Virus record (IMG/VR): IMGVR_UViG_3300045988_173593
Coordinates: 1-64,000 of that record
Reading direction: 5' to 3' (one strand)
Source: a virus
Length of the DNA: 64,000 bases
Shown: positions 1 to 9,163 of the stretch, one piece after another
Position numbering within the stretch: the stretch's first letter is position 1
Layout: each line of letters begins with the position of its first letter
Position numbers and translations under genes: made by a program
The notes under the pieces: generated by a model
Database searches by the model: none
Told to the model about the DNA's origin: nothing
Seen by the model: the letters and a program-made list of their open reading frames with translations, nothing else

Positions 1-29
1 GACATGAACAAAAATATGGAGATGAAATC

Positions 30-440
30 ATGGATGCATTCCTGGATGTCCTGCGGGGGCTTGTTTCCGATAAACTGTTTATTTTCATTGCCGGTTTTAT
101 TTTCGGTGTTCTTGCCTGCTGGCGTTTCTGTCCGGCTTACTGGACATGGAGAACTCACCGGTTCGATGTCGAGCGCGAAGACCGGCTGCGCAAGGAGCAG
201 GAAGAGAAAGAACGCAAATACGAGGAAACGAAACATGCTTTTCACAAAGAATGCGCCGAACGCGGGATTGATTATTCTTTCTCTCATGGTGTTTACCTTT
301 CCACGGACGAAGTTCTGTATTGTCCGTCCTGTTACAGTTTTTACAAATTATCCGAAATGACTCCGAACAGTAAAAGCAGAATGCTTTACTGTTGCGAATG
401 CGGAAAAATAATCAGTATGGAGCCTAAAAGAATATTCTGA
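30..440 (+). CDS. hypothetical membrane protein with C-terminal zinc ribbon (CPSC...CCECG)
   Basis: ORF with one TM helix and Cys pairs. The alternative frame 4..360 looks non-protein-like. Confidence 0.4.
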   Translation: MDAFLDVLRGLVSDKLFIFIAGFIFGVLACWRFCPAYWTWRTHRFDVEREDRLRKEQEEKERKYEETKHAFHKECAERGIDYSFSHGVYLSTDEVLYCPSCYSFYKLSEMTPNSKSRMLYCCECGKIISMEPKRIF

Positions 441-666
441 ATTTCTCGGTTTCAAGTAATCCGCCGGACTGAATATCTTCAGATTTCTTTCTGGCTTCTC
501 TCTGTTTTATTTTCAGAATTTTGCTCTGCCTTTGTTTCGTGTTGATCTTCTTGCATTTTATCTTCGAAAGATGTATTGTAATGTTTTGAACAGGATGAAT
601 CCGAACAGGAGACCGCAGAAGAGTCCCCGGCAGATTCCGGAAAAATAAGGGTAGGGAGAATCCATA

Positions 667-1128
667 ATGTTCCTTTTCAGTTGGTTCAATGTTTTCGGGC
701 ATGACTACCGCAATGGGTTTGCGGACGGTTTTGCAATCGGCGGCTCGTTTTGGCTTCTTCTTTTTATATTCCGTGCCTGTTACGTCTGGCGTGTGCATGT
801 GGAGGCAACGCGTCTTGTGATTCAGACATTCCTGATTGAAGCAAAATACAATAACATCAATGCGTCCGGAATTGGAAAGTTCCGTTCCTGTATTGTTAAT
901 GATGAGATCCTGAACGTTCCGCAGAAAGCAAAGCTTTTTGACTTCTGTGATTTTCTTGATTCATACGCCATACGGAAAACCAATGTTATGGAACTGAAAA
1001 AAGATGCTGCCGTTTCAGATATTCAGGACTGGCTGAATAAAACGTATTTCCCGCTCCTGAAGATTTTCTTCCGTTCTCCATTACGGAACTTCTGCTTTAT
1101 TCTGACTCATTCTTTAGGCAAAGCGTAG
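667..1128 (+). CDS. hypothetical protein
   Basis: 153-aa ORF, no recognisable motifs. Confidence 0.3.
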   Translation: MFLFSWFNVFGHDYRNGFADGFAIGGSFWLLLFIFRACYVWRVHVEATRLVIQTFLIEAKYNNINASGIGKFRSCIVNDEILNVPQKAKLFDFCDFLDSYAIRKTNVMELKKDAAVSDIQDWLNKTYFPLLKIFFRSPLRNFCFILTHSLGKA

Positions 1129-1135
1129 ACAGGCA

Positions 1136-1459
1136 TCATTTCCTGATCCCTCTCAGCCTGTCGTTTTCCTTTTCAAAGAGCGCAATCAGCGTTTTATGCA
1201 ATTCAATCTGCCGCTTTTGCGCCTGTATCTGCATGTCCTTGTAATGCTCGGACAGCAGAATCAGATAACACGTAAGCGACATCACCGCCGCTATGAAATA
1301 CCCCATCGAGGCATTTATGTCATTGCTGCCGTAAAACTGATACAGCGATACGCCTGAAAGCATGACTGAAACCAGCACAAATAAAATCATGATTGCCATA
1401 GCAAAATCTCCCTTGTTGATTATTGAACCATGAATCATAGACAGAATAACTCCGTCCAT
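1136..1459 (-). CDS. hypothetical small membrane protein (2 TM)
   Basis: Two hydrophobic helices. Lies downstream of the Gly-rich gene on the same strand. Confidence 0.45.
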   Translation of the reverse strand: MDGVILSMIHGSIINKGDFAMAIMILFVLVSVMLSGVSLYQFYGSNDINASMGYFIAAVMSLTCYLILLSEHYKDMQIQAQKRQIELHKTLIALFEKENDRLRGIRK

Positions 1460-1490
1460 GATTCATTTCTCAATGATTTGAAATTGTATT

Positions 1491-1676
1491 TCATCCTTCG
1501 CCGTCGCCGTCGCCGTTGCCGGAGCCGTTGCCTTCGCCGTAGCCGGAGCCGTCGCCGTTGCCGGAGCCGTTGCCGTAGCCGGAGCCGTCGTCGTAGCCTT
1601 CGCCGTTGCCGTCGCCGTGGCCTTCGCCGTAGCCGGAGCCTTCGCCGTGGTGCTTAGTCCTCAATAAATTTTTCAT
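1491..1676 (-). CDS. small Gly/Asp/Glu-rich low-complexity acidic protein (MKNLLRTKHHG then GEGSGYGNG repeats)
   Basis: Start ATG overlaps the 3' end of the upstream gene by about 20 nt in another frame. Encoded by a GC-rich tandem DNA repeat. Confidence 0.35.
   Translation of the reverse strand: MKNLLRTKHHGEGSGYGEGHGDGNGEGYDDGSGYGNGSGNGDGSGYGEGNGSGNGDGDGEG
1495..1652. repeat. tandem short repeat (GCCGTNGCCGGAGCC-like, 6/9-nt periodicity)
   Basis: Visible periodicity. It produces the Gly-rich ORF on - and a mirror Arg/Cys-rich ORF (1430..1657) on +. Confidence 0.7.
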
Positions 1677-2049
1677 AGGTATTTTTCGCTCCGTCTGCAA
1701 CAGGAATGTATTCAATCGCGTTTGTGAGATAGACTTCACCGGTCCGGTTCAGCCGTCCGCCTTTGATTCCGTTGTTTGCGACCGCTGAAAGGCTCAAGCC
1801 TCCGCCTTCCCATGCCCAGAGGCGCAGCGCATCGGTGAGTTTGACTTCCATGCTGTTATCCGGGTTAACCCAGGCGACCGTTCCGATATGCACACCGGCG
1901 CTGTATGTCCTGATGACGCAATACTTGCCGAGCATCGGGTGCGGTGCGCTCTCTCTTGCGGTTGTCTTTGTGTCGTCCTGAAGGTTGAAGCCTTTTGCCA
2001 GCTTCACGATCTCTTTCAGTTCTCTGATTGTGAGATTGTCAATATCCAT
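1654..2049 (-). CDS. hypothetical protein
   Basis: RBS AAAAGGGGAAACAAA-ATG. 131 aa. Confidence 0.5.
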   Translation of the reverse strand: MDIDNLTIRELKEIVKLAKGFNLQDDTKTTARESAPHPMLGKYCVIRTYSAGVHIGTVAWVNPDNSMEVKLTDALRLWAWEGGGLSLSAVANNGIKGGRLNRTGEVYLTNAIEYIPVADGAKNTYEKFIED

Positions 2050-2267
2050 TTTGTTTCCCCTTTTTTGTATGAGTTGAAATTATGCCGGTTCGGCGGTAAC
2101 AGTTTTTGCTGAAAACCGCCGGAACCGGCGAAAAGTGTTACATCAGTTTTCACCGCCCCATCCTTGTCGGTTTGCTGGTTCGCCCGGGGACTGTGCCGGG
2201 CTGGATGGCGTATATTCGTATTGTCAAAAAGCACCTTTTAAGCGGAAAGGCTAAGCATCCTTTCTTT

Positions 2268-2295
2268 ATTGTGATTTATTGTTCTTAATCACAAT
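2268..2295. promoter_or_regulatory. candidate operator: ATTGTGATT-N10-AATCACAAT palindrome that also contains TTGTTCTTAATCACA
   Basis: Perfect 9-bp inverted repeat. It shares the TTGTTCTTAATCACA core with the site at 2521-2548. Confidence 0.45.
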
Positions 2296-2494
2296 TTTTG
2301 ATAAAAAAATCCCTGTATTCTTTAGGTAGAGTAAGATATTTTTCATGAATGATTTCTTCAAGACAAAGTTTTTTTGTCTGTTTCTGATACCGACGAATTG
2401 CCTCAAGTTCATTCTTTGCTGAAATTGTCACGGTAACAGAGCTATCTACATTCATTGTTTTCTTTCGCTTCTTCATTTTATCCTCACTCCTCAC
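2285..2494 (-). CDS. small ribbon-helix-helix-like DNA-binding protein, a candidate Cro/Mnt analogue divergent from the repressor
   Basis: RBS GAGGAGTGAGGA. A beta-strand VTVTIS followed by a helix ELEAIRRYQ fits an RHH fold. Operators lie on both sides. Confidence 0.5.
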   Translation of the reverse strand: MRSEDKMKKRKKTMNVDSSVTVTISAKNELEAIRRYQKQTKKLCLEEIIHEKYLTLPKEYRDFFIKNCD

Positions 2495-2514
2495 TTGTTG
2501 ATCTGATATAATAC

Positions 2515-2548
2515 AATATAATTGTTCTTAATCACATTTCAAGAACAA
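2515..2548 (-). promoter_or_regulatory. early lytic-type promoter on the minus strand (TTGAAA-16-TATATT) with an operator (TTGTTCTTAATCACA...AAGAACAA) filling the spacer
   Basis: -35 and -10 read directly on the minus strand. An inverted repeat overlaps them, as in classic phage immunity regions. Confidence 0.5.
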
Positions 2549-2612
2549 AATCAAATATTTTTCTATTATTTTTTATTTTCTGCTGTATAATAGAAGCGAA
2601 AGGAGCTTGATT

Positions 2613-3623
2613 ATGCCATATATTACACCGGAAATAAAAAAGGCCCTGCTGAACTTAATAGAAGATGAAGGTTCAGCGCTTGAACTATCCAGAAAGACGG
2701 GAATTTCTCATTCCACATTCAGCAAGTATATTTCAGGGGGAATCTCGCGAATAAATCAGGCAAATTGGAACCTGATAGCCCCCTTGCTATTACCATATTT
2801 ACCGGAAATAGAACGCGACAAAGTAAGAAGTCAATTAACAGTTCGACAGCAAATCAATCCGGAAAGACATACCCCCCCGGCCACTCGCAACACAATCCGC
2901 AACACTCCGGAACTCCGCGAGTGTATTAAAGATGCGATGCTGGAACAGGGAATCCGTGGCGCGTCTGAGTTGTGTAAACAGATTGGATATGATACTCCCG
3001 GGACTTTGGAGCGGCTTCTCTCCGGCAAGATCAACTGGTTTCCAGACATGCTGTCCGCTGTTCTGGATAATCTGAAGATCAACCATGATGATGCGCCGAT
3101 GTCGCCGGCGGAACGTGGTTTGTTGCAGCCGGAGGGAATTTATTACAATGACGGAACACCGAAAACCCGTGCAGTTCTTGTGCATTATCAGCCCGTGATA
3201 TCATGGGCGAATGCAGCAAGTTATATTGATTGTTTGATTAGCAACGATGGAGCAGTAATGAAAAAATGGAGTCCGGATGAGGTAGATGAAACGGTTCCGG
3301 TGCCTCTGGATATACGCGGAGTTTGTTCAATTTTCCGGATTTCCGGTCAGTCGATGGAACCGGCGATTAATGACGGAGATATTATTTATTGCGAACAGAT
3401 GATGGATTTGCATACCATTCCTGACAAGCGTGTTGTGGTTGTAAAGTTTTCGGACTGCAACAAGTTTGAGGATTGTATTGTCTGCAAACGTTTCCGCCGA
3501 ATCGGTGATAAGATTCTCTTGACCAGTGACAATCCAGCCGGTCGTGAGTTTGAACTTGAACCGCAGGATATTACATGGATCGGAATCCTCCGCAAATTGA
3601 CCAAGAACGGTGATACTATATGA
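2613..3623 (+). CDS. CI/LexA-like repressor: N-terminal HTH regions plus C-terminal S24 peptidase (SGQSMEP ... K)
   Basis: Ser-Lys dyad motif GQSMEPAINDGD and a downstream Lys. RBS AAGGAG before the ATG. The ORF opens at a TTG at 2607. Confidence 0.85.
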   Translation: MPYITPEIKKALLNLIEDEGSALELSRKTGISHSTFSKYISGGISRINQANWNLIAPLLLPYLPEIERDKVRSQLTVRQQINPERHTPPATRNTIRNTPELRECIKDAMLEQGIRGASELCKQIGYDTPGTLERLLSGKINWFPDMLSAVLDNLKINHDDAPMSPAERGLLQPEGIYYNDGTPKTRAVLVHYQPVISWANAASYIDCLISNDGAVMKKWSPDEVDETVPVPLDIRGVCSIFRISGQSMEPAINDGDIIYCEQMMDLHTIPDKRVVVVKFSDCNKFEDCIVCKRFRRIGDKILLTSDNPAGREFELEPQDITWIGILRKLTKNGDTI

Positions 3624-3720
3624 ATTGCAAAAGAAGCTTAAAAGAATAACTTTGAAAAAATAATGACACCATGTTACCATTTTCCCCGTACGGGGAAAAT
3701 GGACAAAAAAGGGAAACGGC

Positions 3721-3996
3721 ATGGAAGATGAAATTAAATTTCTGAAAGAACGTATTGCAAGACTGGAAGAACGTATCCAGTATGCAGATGAAAAAATAAG
3801 ATCCAATAAGGTATCTGTTTATTTCATTTTTTTAATCTTGATAGTGTTCTTTTTTCTCGTGATGGAATTATACTATCGGGACGGAGAAAAAGCCGAAGTC
3901 CTTAAGGTGCTTGATTCAAAAGAGACAACGGAACAACGTTATATGCTGATGGATGATAAAAGGGAGCAGATAAAAAGTGGCACTCAGAATCATTAA
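3721..3996 (+). CDS. small coiled-coil/TM protein
   Basis: RBS AAAAAGGGAAACGG. One TM segment. Confidence 0.4.
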   Translation: MEDEIKFLKERIARLEERIQYADEKIRSNKVSVYFIFLILIVFFFLVMELYYRDGEKAEVLKVLDSKETTEQRYMLMDDKREQIKSGTQNH

Positions 3997-5080
3997 AAAC
4001 AGATACTATATGTATTTCCGGGACGAGCACGGAAAGCTCCGGACAATTGCCACTCATGCTTCACTTAATGAAAAAGAAGAGGCTCTGGCGTTTGAAAAAG
4101 AATACATGACACAACTTCGTGCCAAAAAGCGACGCCTCCGGATTTTAAAGGACTTCCCCGAATATGTCGCCATCCAGCCGGAAGCCAAACCGGATTTTGT
4201 AGCGGAAGCCCAGCAGCAGAGACGCGGAAGTATGAAATTATCTGAAATGTGGGAAACCGCTTGTAAATACAGGCAACTTTCCGACACTCATAAAAAGGCG
4301 TTGGAACGCTTCATAAAATCAACAAAATTGAAGTATGTATCTGATGTAACTCCCCAAATTGCACTTGCCTACCTTACAAATACCTATGGAGCAGGGAATG
4401 GAAAAACATTCAATAATAATAAAACATACTTGAATACTATTTTCAAACTTTGTGTTGTGGAGTCTGGTATTTCTGGTTCTCCTTTTGATTCAGTTTTGAA
4501 TATGCGCTTGAAAAATGTTGAAGTCCACAGGAAAATAACAGTTGAAGAGTTCAACCGTCTGTTTCATGCCGCTGCTGAACCATGGAAAACAGCCCTTTTA
4601 ATGTCATGGCATACAGGAATGAGGGTAAGTGATTGCTTTACCTTGAAATGGGACGAAATTCAAGGTGATGCGATTATAAAAATTCCTAATAAGACATTGC
4701 GCTTCAATCGTTCTGTTTATATCCCAATACATAAAGAGTTGCAAGATCATTTGAATACATTACCGAAGCCAAAAGACAAAAAACAAGCTGTTTTATCGCC
4801 GTTTCTTACATCAAGATTCAAACGGGTTTCCGGTGCTAGAATGCGCTATATCCAGAATCTTTTCAAAACATGTAAGGTTTTAGATACAAAAGATGGAAAA
4901 GCCAGCTTTCACAGTCTTCGTGCAACGTTTATTACACGTTGCGAAGAAGCGGGAATTCCCCGTTCGGCAATTCGTGGTATGGTAGGTCATGTATCCGATG
5001 TTACAACAGATAATTATAGTCAGGACAAGGTAACTCCACGCCTGATATTAAACTTGCCATCTGTATGTAAAAATGTATGA
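3977..5080 (+). CDS. int: tyrosine recombinase / phage integrase
   Basis: C-terminal HSLRATF...GH...Y catalytic signature. Arm-binding-type N-terminus. Lies adjacent to the att core. Confidence 0.9.
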   Translation: MALRIIKNRYYMYFRDEHGKLRTIATHASLNEKEEALAFEKEYMTQLRAKKRRLRILKDFPEYVAIQPEAKPDFVAEAQQQRRGSMKLSEMWETACKYRQLSDTHKKALERFIKSTKLKYVSDVTPQIALAYLTNTYGAGNGKTFNNNKTYLNTIFKLCVVESGISGSPFDSVLNMRLKNVEVHRKITVEEFNRLFHAAAEPWKTALLMSWHTGMRVSDCFTLKWDEIQGDAIIKIPNKTLRFNRSVYIPIHKELQDHLNTLPKPKDKKQAVLSPFLTSRFKRVSGARMRYIQNLFKTCKVLDTKDGKASFHSLRATFITRCEEAGIPRSAIRGMVGHVSDVTTDNYSQDKVTPRLILNLPSVCKNV

Positions 5081-5106
5081 GTATATTATAATTTTATACT
5101 TAAATA

Positions 5107-5135
5107 GCAGGGTTCGATTCCCTTCACCCGCTCCA
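5107..5135 (+). other. att core: 3'-terminal tRNA fragment (T-stem, TTCGATT T-loop, acceptor 3' strand CACCCGC, discriminator T, CCA)
   Basis: Perfect T-loop and a CCA end, with no 5' half present. Flanked by TGTATGTA direct repeats (5063-5080, 5216-5239) and a 10-bp inverted repeat (5257-5293) that could be arm sites. Confidence 0.6.
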
Positions 5136-5398
5136 TATTTTTATTCTGTTTGAGTTCAAAATATAGATTTTTTGGCTAATCCTCGCTCAAAATATCAGCC
5201 TCAATATTAATTTGCAATGTATGTAGTAATGTATGTAACTCCGATAATAAAAATAAGCGGTATCACGCCATTTCTCAATAGCAGTGATACCGCGTTGGAT
5301 ACATCAAAGAAACAAAATCCGTTCCGCAAATTCAGGATCAAACTCCCATAAAGCTTCAAAAATTTTGTTTTCTTTGAAAATATAATCCATTCTGAACC

Positions 5399-6184
5399 TC
5401 ACTTGAAGCGTCCCATGGAATCACGGGAACGACCGCGCCGCCCGTATTCCTCAACTTCAACAATCGGAAGCATACGGTCTCTGCGTCTGCTTCGGTCATT
5501 GTAGCCGAGTTCTCTGTTACTTCTGTAGGAATGCCCGCCAAGGAACATCCTGGCATAACCGGATATCGCTTCTTCCTTGGCTTGTTCCTCAAGTTCCTCT
5601 GGCTGGTTCTCTGAATATCCCGTCATCGCCATACAAAGTTCATTAAACTCTTTCATGGCTTCATAAGGCTCACATTCAGCAATTTTCTTGATCAGTGAAG
5701 CGGCTTCTTTGATGATCAGGCATTTGATTTCCTCATCGTCAAGTTCATGTCCGACAGCCTCGCCGATACGCTCTTTGGCTTCGTGCATTCTGTCTTCAGA
5801 AGCGTATCTGGAACGCCGTCTGGAACGATAGGAATACTCACGACCGGAATCACGGTCGTAATCATAATCCGGATTATACTCCCGATTTGCCGGGTAGCCT
5901 CCAAGTCCACGTTCGTTATATTCCAGCCGTCGCGCATACCCGCGACTGGAACTGTTATCCATACCCTGTGACCGTGAATCAGAATAGCGTCCGCCGGAAT
6001 AACGGGTAGCCTCTCCGTCATTTTGGACACCATCAGCCATTTTCTGGACAAGGTAATTCAACATCAACCATGACATTTTATCGGGGTCGCTACTTTTCAG
6101 CTCCTCAATAAACGTCTCCTTATTGTATTTTTCGGGATACATTTCGTGATGCTCCCCCGATTTCATTTCGTTTTGTTTATCCAT
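5399..6184 (-). CDS. hypothetical low-complexity (R/S/Y/D-rich) protein
   Basis: ORF only. Confidence 0.4.
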   Translation of the reverse strand: MDKQNEMKSGEHHEMYPEKYNKETFIEELKSSDPDKMSWLMLNYLVQKMADGVQNDGEATRYSGGRYSDSRSQGMDNSSSRGYARRLEYNERGLGGYPANREYNPDYDYDRDSGREYSYRSRRRSRYASEDRMHEAKERIGEAVGHELDDEEIKCLIIKEAASLIKKIAECEPYEAMKEFNELCMAMTGYSENQPEELEEQAKEEAISGYARMFLGGHSYRSNRELGYNDRSRRRDRMLPIVEVEEYGRRGRSRDSMGRFK

Positions 6185-6290
6185 TTTTAACCTTTCTAGC
6201 CGAATTTCTTCAGCCGGATTTTTTTGTGAAGTAAAAATTCAAGATTATGCTCAAGGTTGGAAACGCCAGGGAAGCTCGTCACTTCTTCCC

Positions 6291-6608
6291 TCACCGTCCA
6301 CCCCCCATGAACATATTCATCATGGGATTGAATCCACCTCCGCCCATCGGAGGCATCATTCCTCCCCCGCCGCCCATCATACGCTGAAACATCTGCTGCA
6401 TGATGCCCTGCGGATTCTGCTGCGCCTGCTGGATCATATTCACGGCTTGCGGGTCGCGCAAGCGCCCGTCAAGCTGAAGTATCCAGTTTGCCACCTTCTG
6501 ATCGATTCTGTTTCCGTTTTTTGCCTCGCTTTCAACGATTTCCATCGCATAGGATTTTCCATCATCTCCGGCGGTGATTTTAATTGTCGTAAAACCTTTT
6601 TCAGCCAT
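6291..6608 (-). CDS. hypothetical protein with Gly/Met-rich tail
   Basis: ORF. An ATGA overlap links it to the upstream gene. Confidence 0.45.
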   Translation of the reverse strand: MAEKGFTTIKITAGDDGKSYAMEIVESEAKNGNRIDQKVANWILQLDGRLRDPQAVNMIQQAQQNPQGIMQQMFQRMMGGGGGMMPPMGGGGFNPMMNMFMGGGR

Positions 6609-7179
6609 GATTGTTTCCTCCGTTTGAACTCATATTGTTTCCGAATGCCGGAGGCATTGTGATTGCCGGGGCATAAGTCGGCGTTTGTATAAACGGTAAT
6701 GCGGGTGCCGGCAGAATCGTCGATGTCTGAAACATCGGAGGATAATATGCCTGAGGCGGCCCCTGCTGAAAAAACTGCGGAGCCTGCTGATATTGAAACC
6801 CCTGTTGAAAACCCTGATTTGGATTCTGAGGTGTGGCTTGCTGCGGTTTTTGAAGCAGCTCTTTCAGCTCAGAAAAACTGTTCTTCAGTTCACCGACTTC
6901 ACCATAGAGCTTTTTTACCGGATCATCCTCAACCACATCAGACGGATTGACAGGATACTTTTTCCGAATGTCGGCAATTTCTTCCCGCAATGCGGCAAAA
7001 TGTTTTTCATAAGCCTCATTTTCAAGGCGTATCCGTTCCTCTGAAACTTTTCCTGCCTCATTCTTCTGCTCCCCGACTTTCTCTTCAGTCGCAACTCCTT
7101 CAGGCACAGGAGTCTCTTTCAATACATCCGCGCTTTCATCTTCCGGAATCAGTGTCTTTTCAGCTTCTTCGCTCATCAT
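6601..7179 (-). CDS. hypothetical acidic N-terminus / Q,P-rich C-terminus protein
   Basis: ORF. Confidence 0.45.
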   Translation of the reverse strand: MMSEEAEKTLIPEDESADVLKETPVPEGVATEEKVGEQKNEAGKVSEERIRLENEAYEKHFAALREEIADIRKKYPVNPSDVVEDDPVKKLYGEVGELKNSFSELKELLQKPQQATPQNPNQGFQQGFQYQQAPQFFQQGPPQAYYPPMFQTSTILPAPALPFIQTPTYAPAITMPPAFGNNMSSNGGNNHG

Positions 7180-7390
7180 GGCTCCTTCTTTTTCTGTTTC
7201 CTGATACCATGATCGCGGTCACGTGGATATGGAAACAGCATGATAAAAGTGTTTTAGGAAAAGTCACAGTTTTTTTTAGATTTCCATCTCCTAGTGATTG
7301 CTTTTATCTTTTACCAGCAAGACAGAGTCCGGAATCTGTTGAGCACTCGAACAATCAAAAAAAAACTCAAAAAAACACGAGGTATCAATT

Positions 7391-8131
7391 ATGGATGCGG
7401 TTCCGATTTACAACGTAAATCCCGGTGCTGGAAGCGGTTTCAACGGCTGGGAAGCAATGGCGCTTTTGAACAATGGCAACAGAAACAACGGCTGGGGTGA
7501 CGGCGGCTGGTGGATCTGGATTCTTCTCCTGTTCTGCTTCTGGGGCTGGGGTGGTAATGGCTGGGGTGGCAATGGAGGACGCGGTGGTTGCGGATGTTGC
7601 TGTAACTCCGGAATCGGTGCTCTCGGTGCCGATCTCGCAATCACTGACGCAACCAATATTGCGGAAATCAAAGCCGGTCTCAACTATACGGCACAGACGC
7701 AGGTGGGACAGACCAATCTGATGGGGCAGATCAAGGACAATATGTTTGCCGGTTTTGCCAATCTGAACAATGCGGTAACAAACTCCGCATTCCAGAATCA
7801 GCTCGGCCAGCGCGATCTTCAGGCTCAGATTGCGTCCTGCTGCTGCAATACCCAGTCCAGCATTGCGGCTGTGAACAACAACATCACACAGCAGTTCGCC
7901 CAGCTGAATTACAACAACGCGATGCAGACTTGCGAAGTCAAGCAGGCCATTGCGGCAGAAGGCGCGGCGACTCGTGCGCTTATCAATGCGCAGTACACAC
8001 AGAACCTGGAACGCCAGCTGGCGGAATCCAAACAGCAGCTTTTCGTTTATGAAAAGTTCGGCCGTTATGCCAATAACGGCTGCTGCGGATCGACTCCTGC
8101 TTGCGGCTGTGCTTGCGCGACGGGTTGCTGA
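7391..8131 (+). CDS. hypothetical Gly/Trp/Cys-rich (GWGGNGWGG, CCC motifs) and N/Q-rich protein with a TM segment
   Basis: ORF with an RBS. Unusual composition. Confidence 0.5.
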   Translation: MDAVPIYNVNPGAGSGFNGWEAMALLNNGNRNNGWGDGGWWIWILLLFCFWGWGGNGWGGNGGRGGCGCCCNSGIGALGADLAITDATNIAEIKAGLNYTAQTQVGQTNLMGQIKDNMFAGFANLNNAVTNSAFQNQLGQRDLQAQIASCCCNTQSSIAAVNNNITQQFAQLNYNNAMQTCEVKQAIAAEGAATRALINAQYTQNLERQLAESKQQLFVYEKFGRYANNGCCGSTPACGCACATGC

Positions 8132-8201
8132 TGTTTTCCGTGACTCCCTGTTTTTTAACAGGGAGTTTATTTGAACTTAACTCTTAATAGGAGAATGAAA
8201 A

Positions 8202-8540
8202 ATGGCTTGCAGACGTAATTTCTTTTGTCGCTATGCCCTTGGCGCTCCGGTTGTCGGATCAGCGAATGTCATTTATTCGATGCGAACAACCCTCTGCCGC
8301 TTGATGAATCAGGATTTGTTTATTGTAACAATTCCTGCTTCGACAACTTCAACACTTCCTCCGCAAGTGCAACTTTGCAACGGAACCGTGTTGCCGATTG
8401 TCTTTTCAAGCACGGAAGCAGCGGCACAGGCATCCGGCCTGCTTGGCCAGCGTGCCTATCTCGCGACAATCCTTTGCGTAGATGGTGCGCCGACGCTGAA
8501 CATTCTGAATGCAATGAATGCCGCTACGGCTTCCGCCTGA
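8202..8540 (+). CDS. hypothetical protein
   Basis: ORF followed by an intrinsic terminator. Confidence 0.4.
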   Translation: MACRRNFFCRYALGAPVVGSANVIYSMRTTLCRLMNQDLFIVTIPASTTSTLPPQVQLCNGTVLPIVFSSTEAAAQASGLLGQRAYLATILCVDGAPTLNILNAMNAATASA

Positions 8541-8568
8541 TGCTGGCTGATTGATTCTTTTTCTGTTT

Positions 8569-8600
8569 CCCGGCTGAAATATGCCGGGTTTTATTTATTT
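8569..8600 (+). terminator. rho-independent terminator (CCCGGC-loop-GCCGGG plus T-run)
   Basis: Hairpin followed by a T-run. Confidence 0.6.
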
Positions 8601-8611
8601 TGAGGTAAAAT

Positions 8612-9163
8612 ATGAACGATATTTTTATCTGTAAACTGGACTTTGATACATATGCCCGCGAACTTGCAATTCCGGTTGCAATTAGTTGCAGGTTCGGAAA
8701 ATGCCATGACTTCGGCAATCCTCAAAGAGATTGCAAGGCGATCTTTGATACAGGGGCAACAGCCTCAATGATCTCCTCCGATATTGCAAATGAATTAGGG
8801 CTGATACCCTATGATACAGCAACTGTTTCTGGAGTCCACGGAACAGAGTCATCCAATATTTACATCATTGACATGATCTTCCGTAACGGGTTCAAAATAC
8901 CGAATATCAGTGTTTCGGAGGCGGGAGGCTCAGCCGGCTTCGATCTTCTCATCGGAATGGATATTATCTCTAAAGGGACAATGCTTCTTTCCGGATCCCA
9001 TGGCAGAACATTTTTTTATTTTGCTTATCCGTCTCAAATCAAACAGCCTGAACCTTTGCTTTCATTGCCTTCAGAGCATTTTCCAGAGCTTGAATCATCT
9101 TGCAATCGGGCTTGCAGCGTGTGCAATCTCCATGACATGAAAAATTCAGAACCAGCTTTTTAG
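8612..9163 (+). CDS. retropepsin-like aspartic peptidase (FDTGAT active-site motif)
   Basis: D-T-G-A motif in a hydrophobic context typical of clan AA peptidases. Confidence 0.55.
   Translation: MNDIFICKLDFDTYARELAIPVAISCRFGKCHDFGNPQRDCKAIFDTGATASMISSDIANELGLIPYDTATVSGVHGTESSNIYIIDMIFRNGFKIPNISVSEAGGSAGFDLLIGMDIISKGTMLLSGSHGRTFFYFAYPSQIKQPEPLLSLPSEHFPELESSCNRACSVCNLHDMKNSEPAF

Noticed and set aside
4-360. Alternative ORF 4..360
   Set aside because: Low-complexity, non-protein-like composition. The overlapping frame 30..440 has a TM helix and zinc-ribbon features
1430-1657. Arg/Cys-rich + strand ORF
   Set aside because: Mirror-frame artefact of the GC-rich tandem repeat. The minus-strand Gly-rich frame has a start context and operon position
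5107-5135. A complete tRNA gene
   Set aside because: Only the 3' portion (T-arm, acceptor 3' strand, CCA) is tRNA-like. Upstream sequence has no D-arm, anticodon arm or matching acceptor 5' strand
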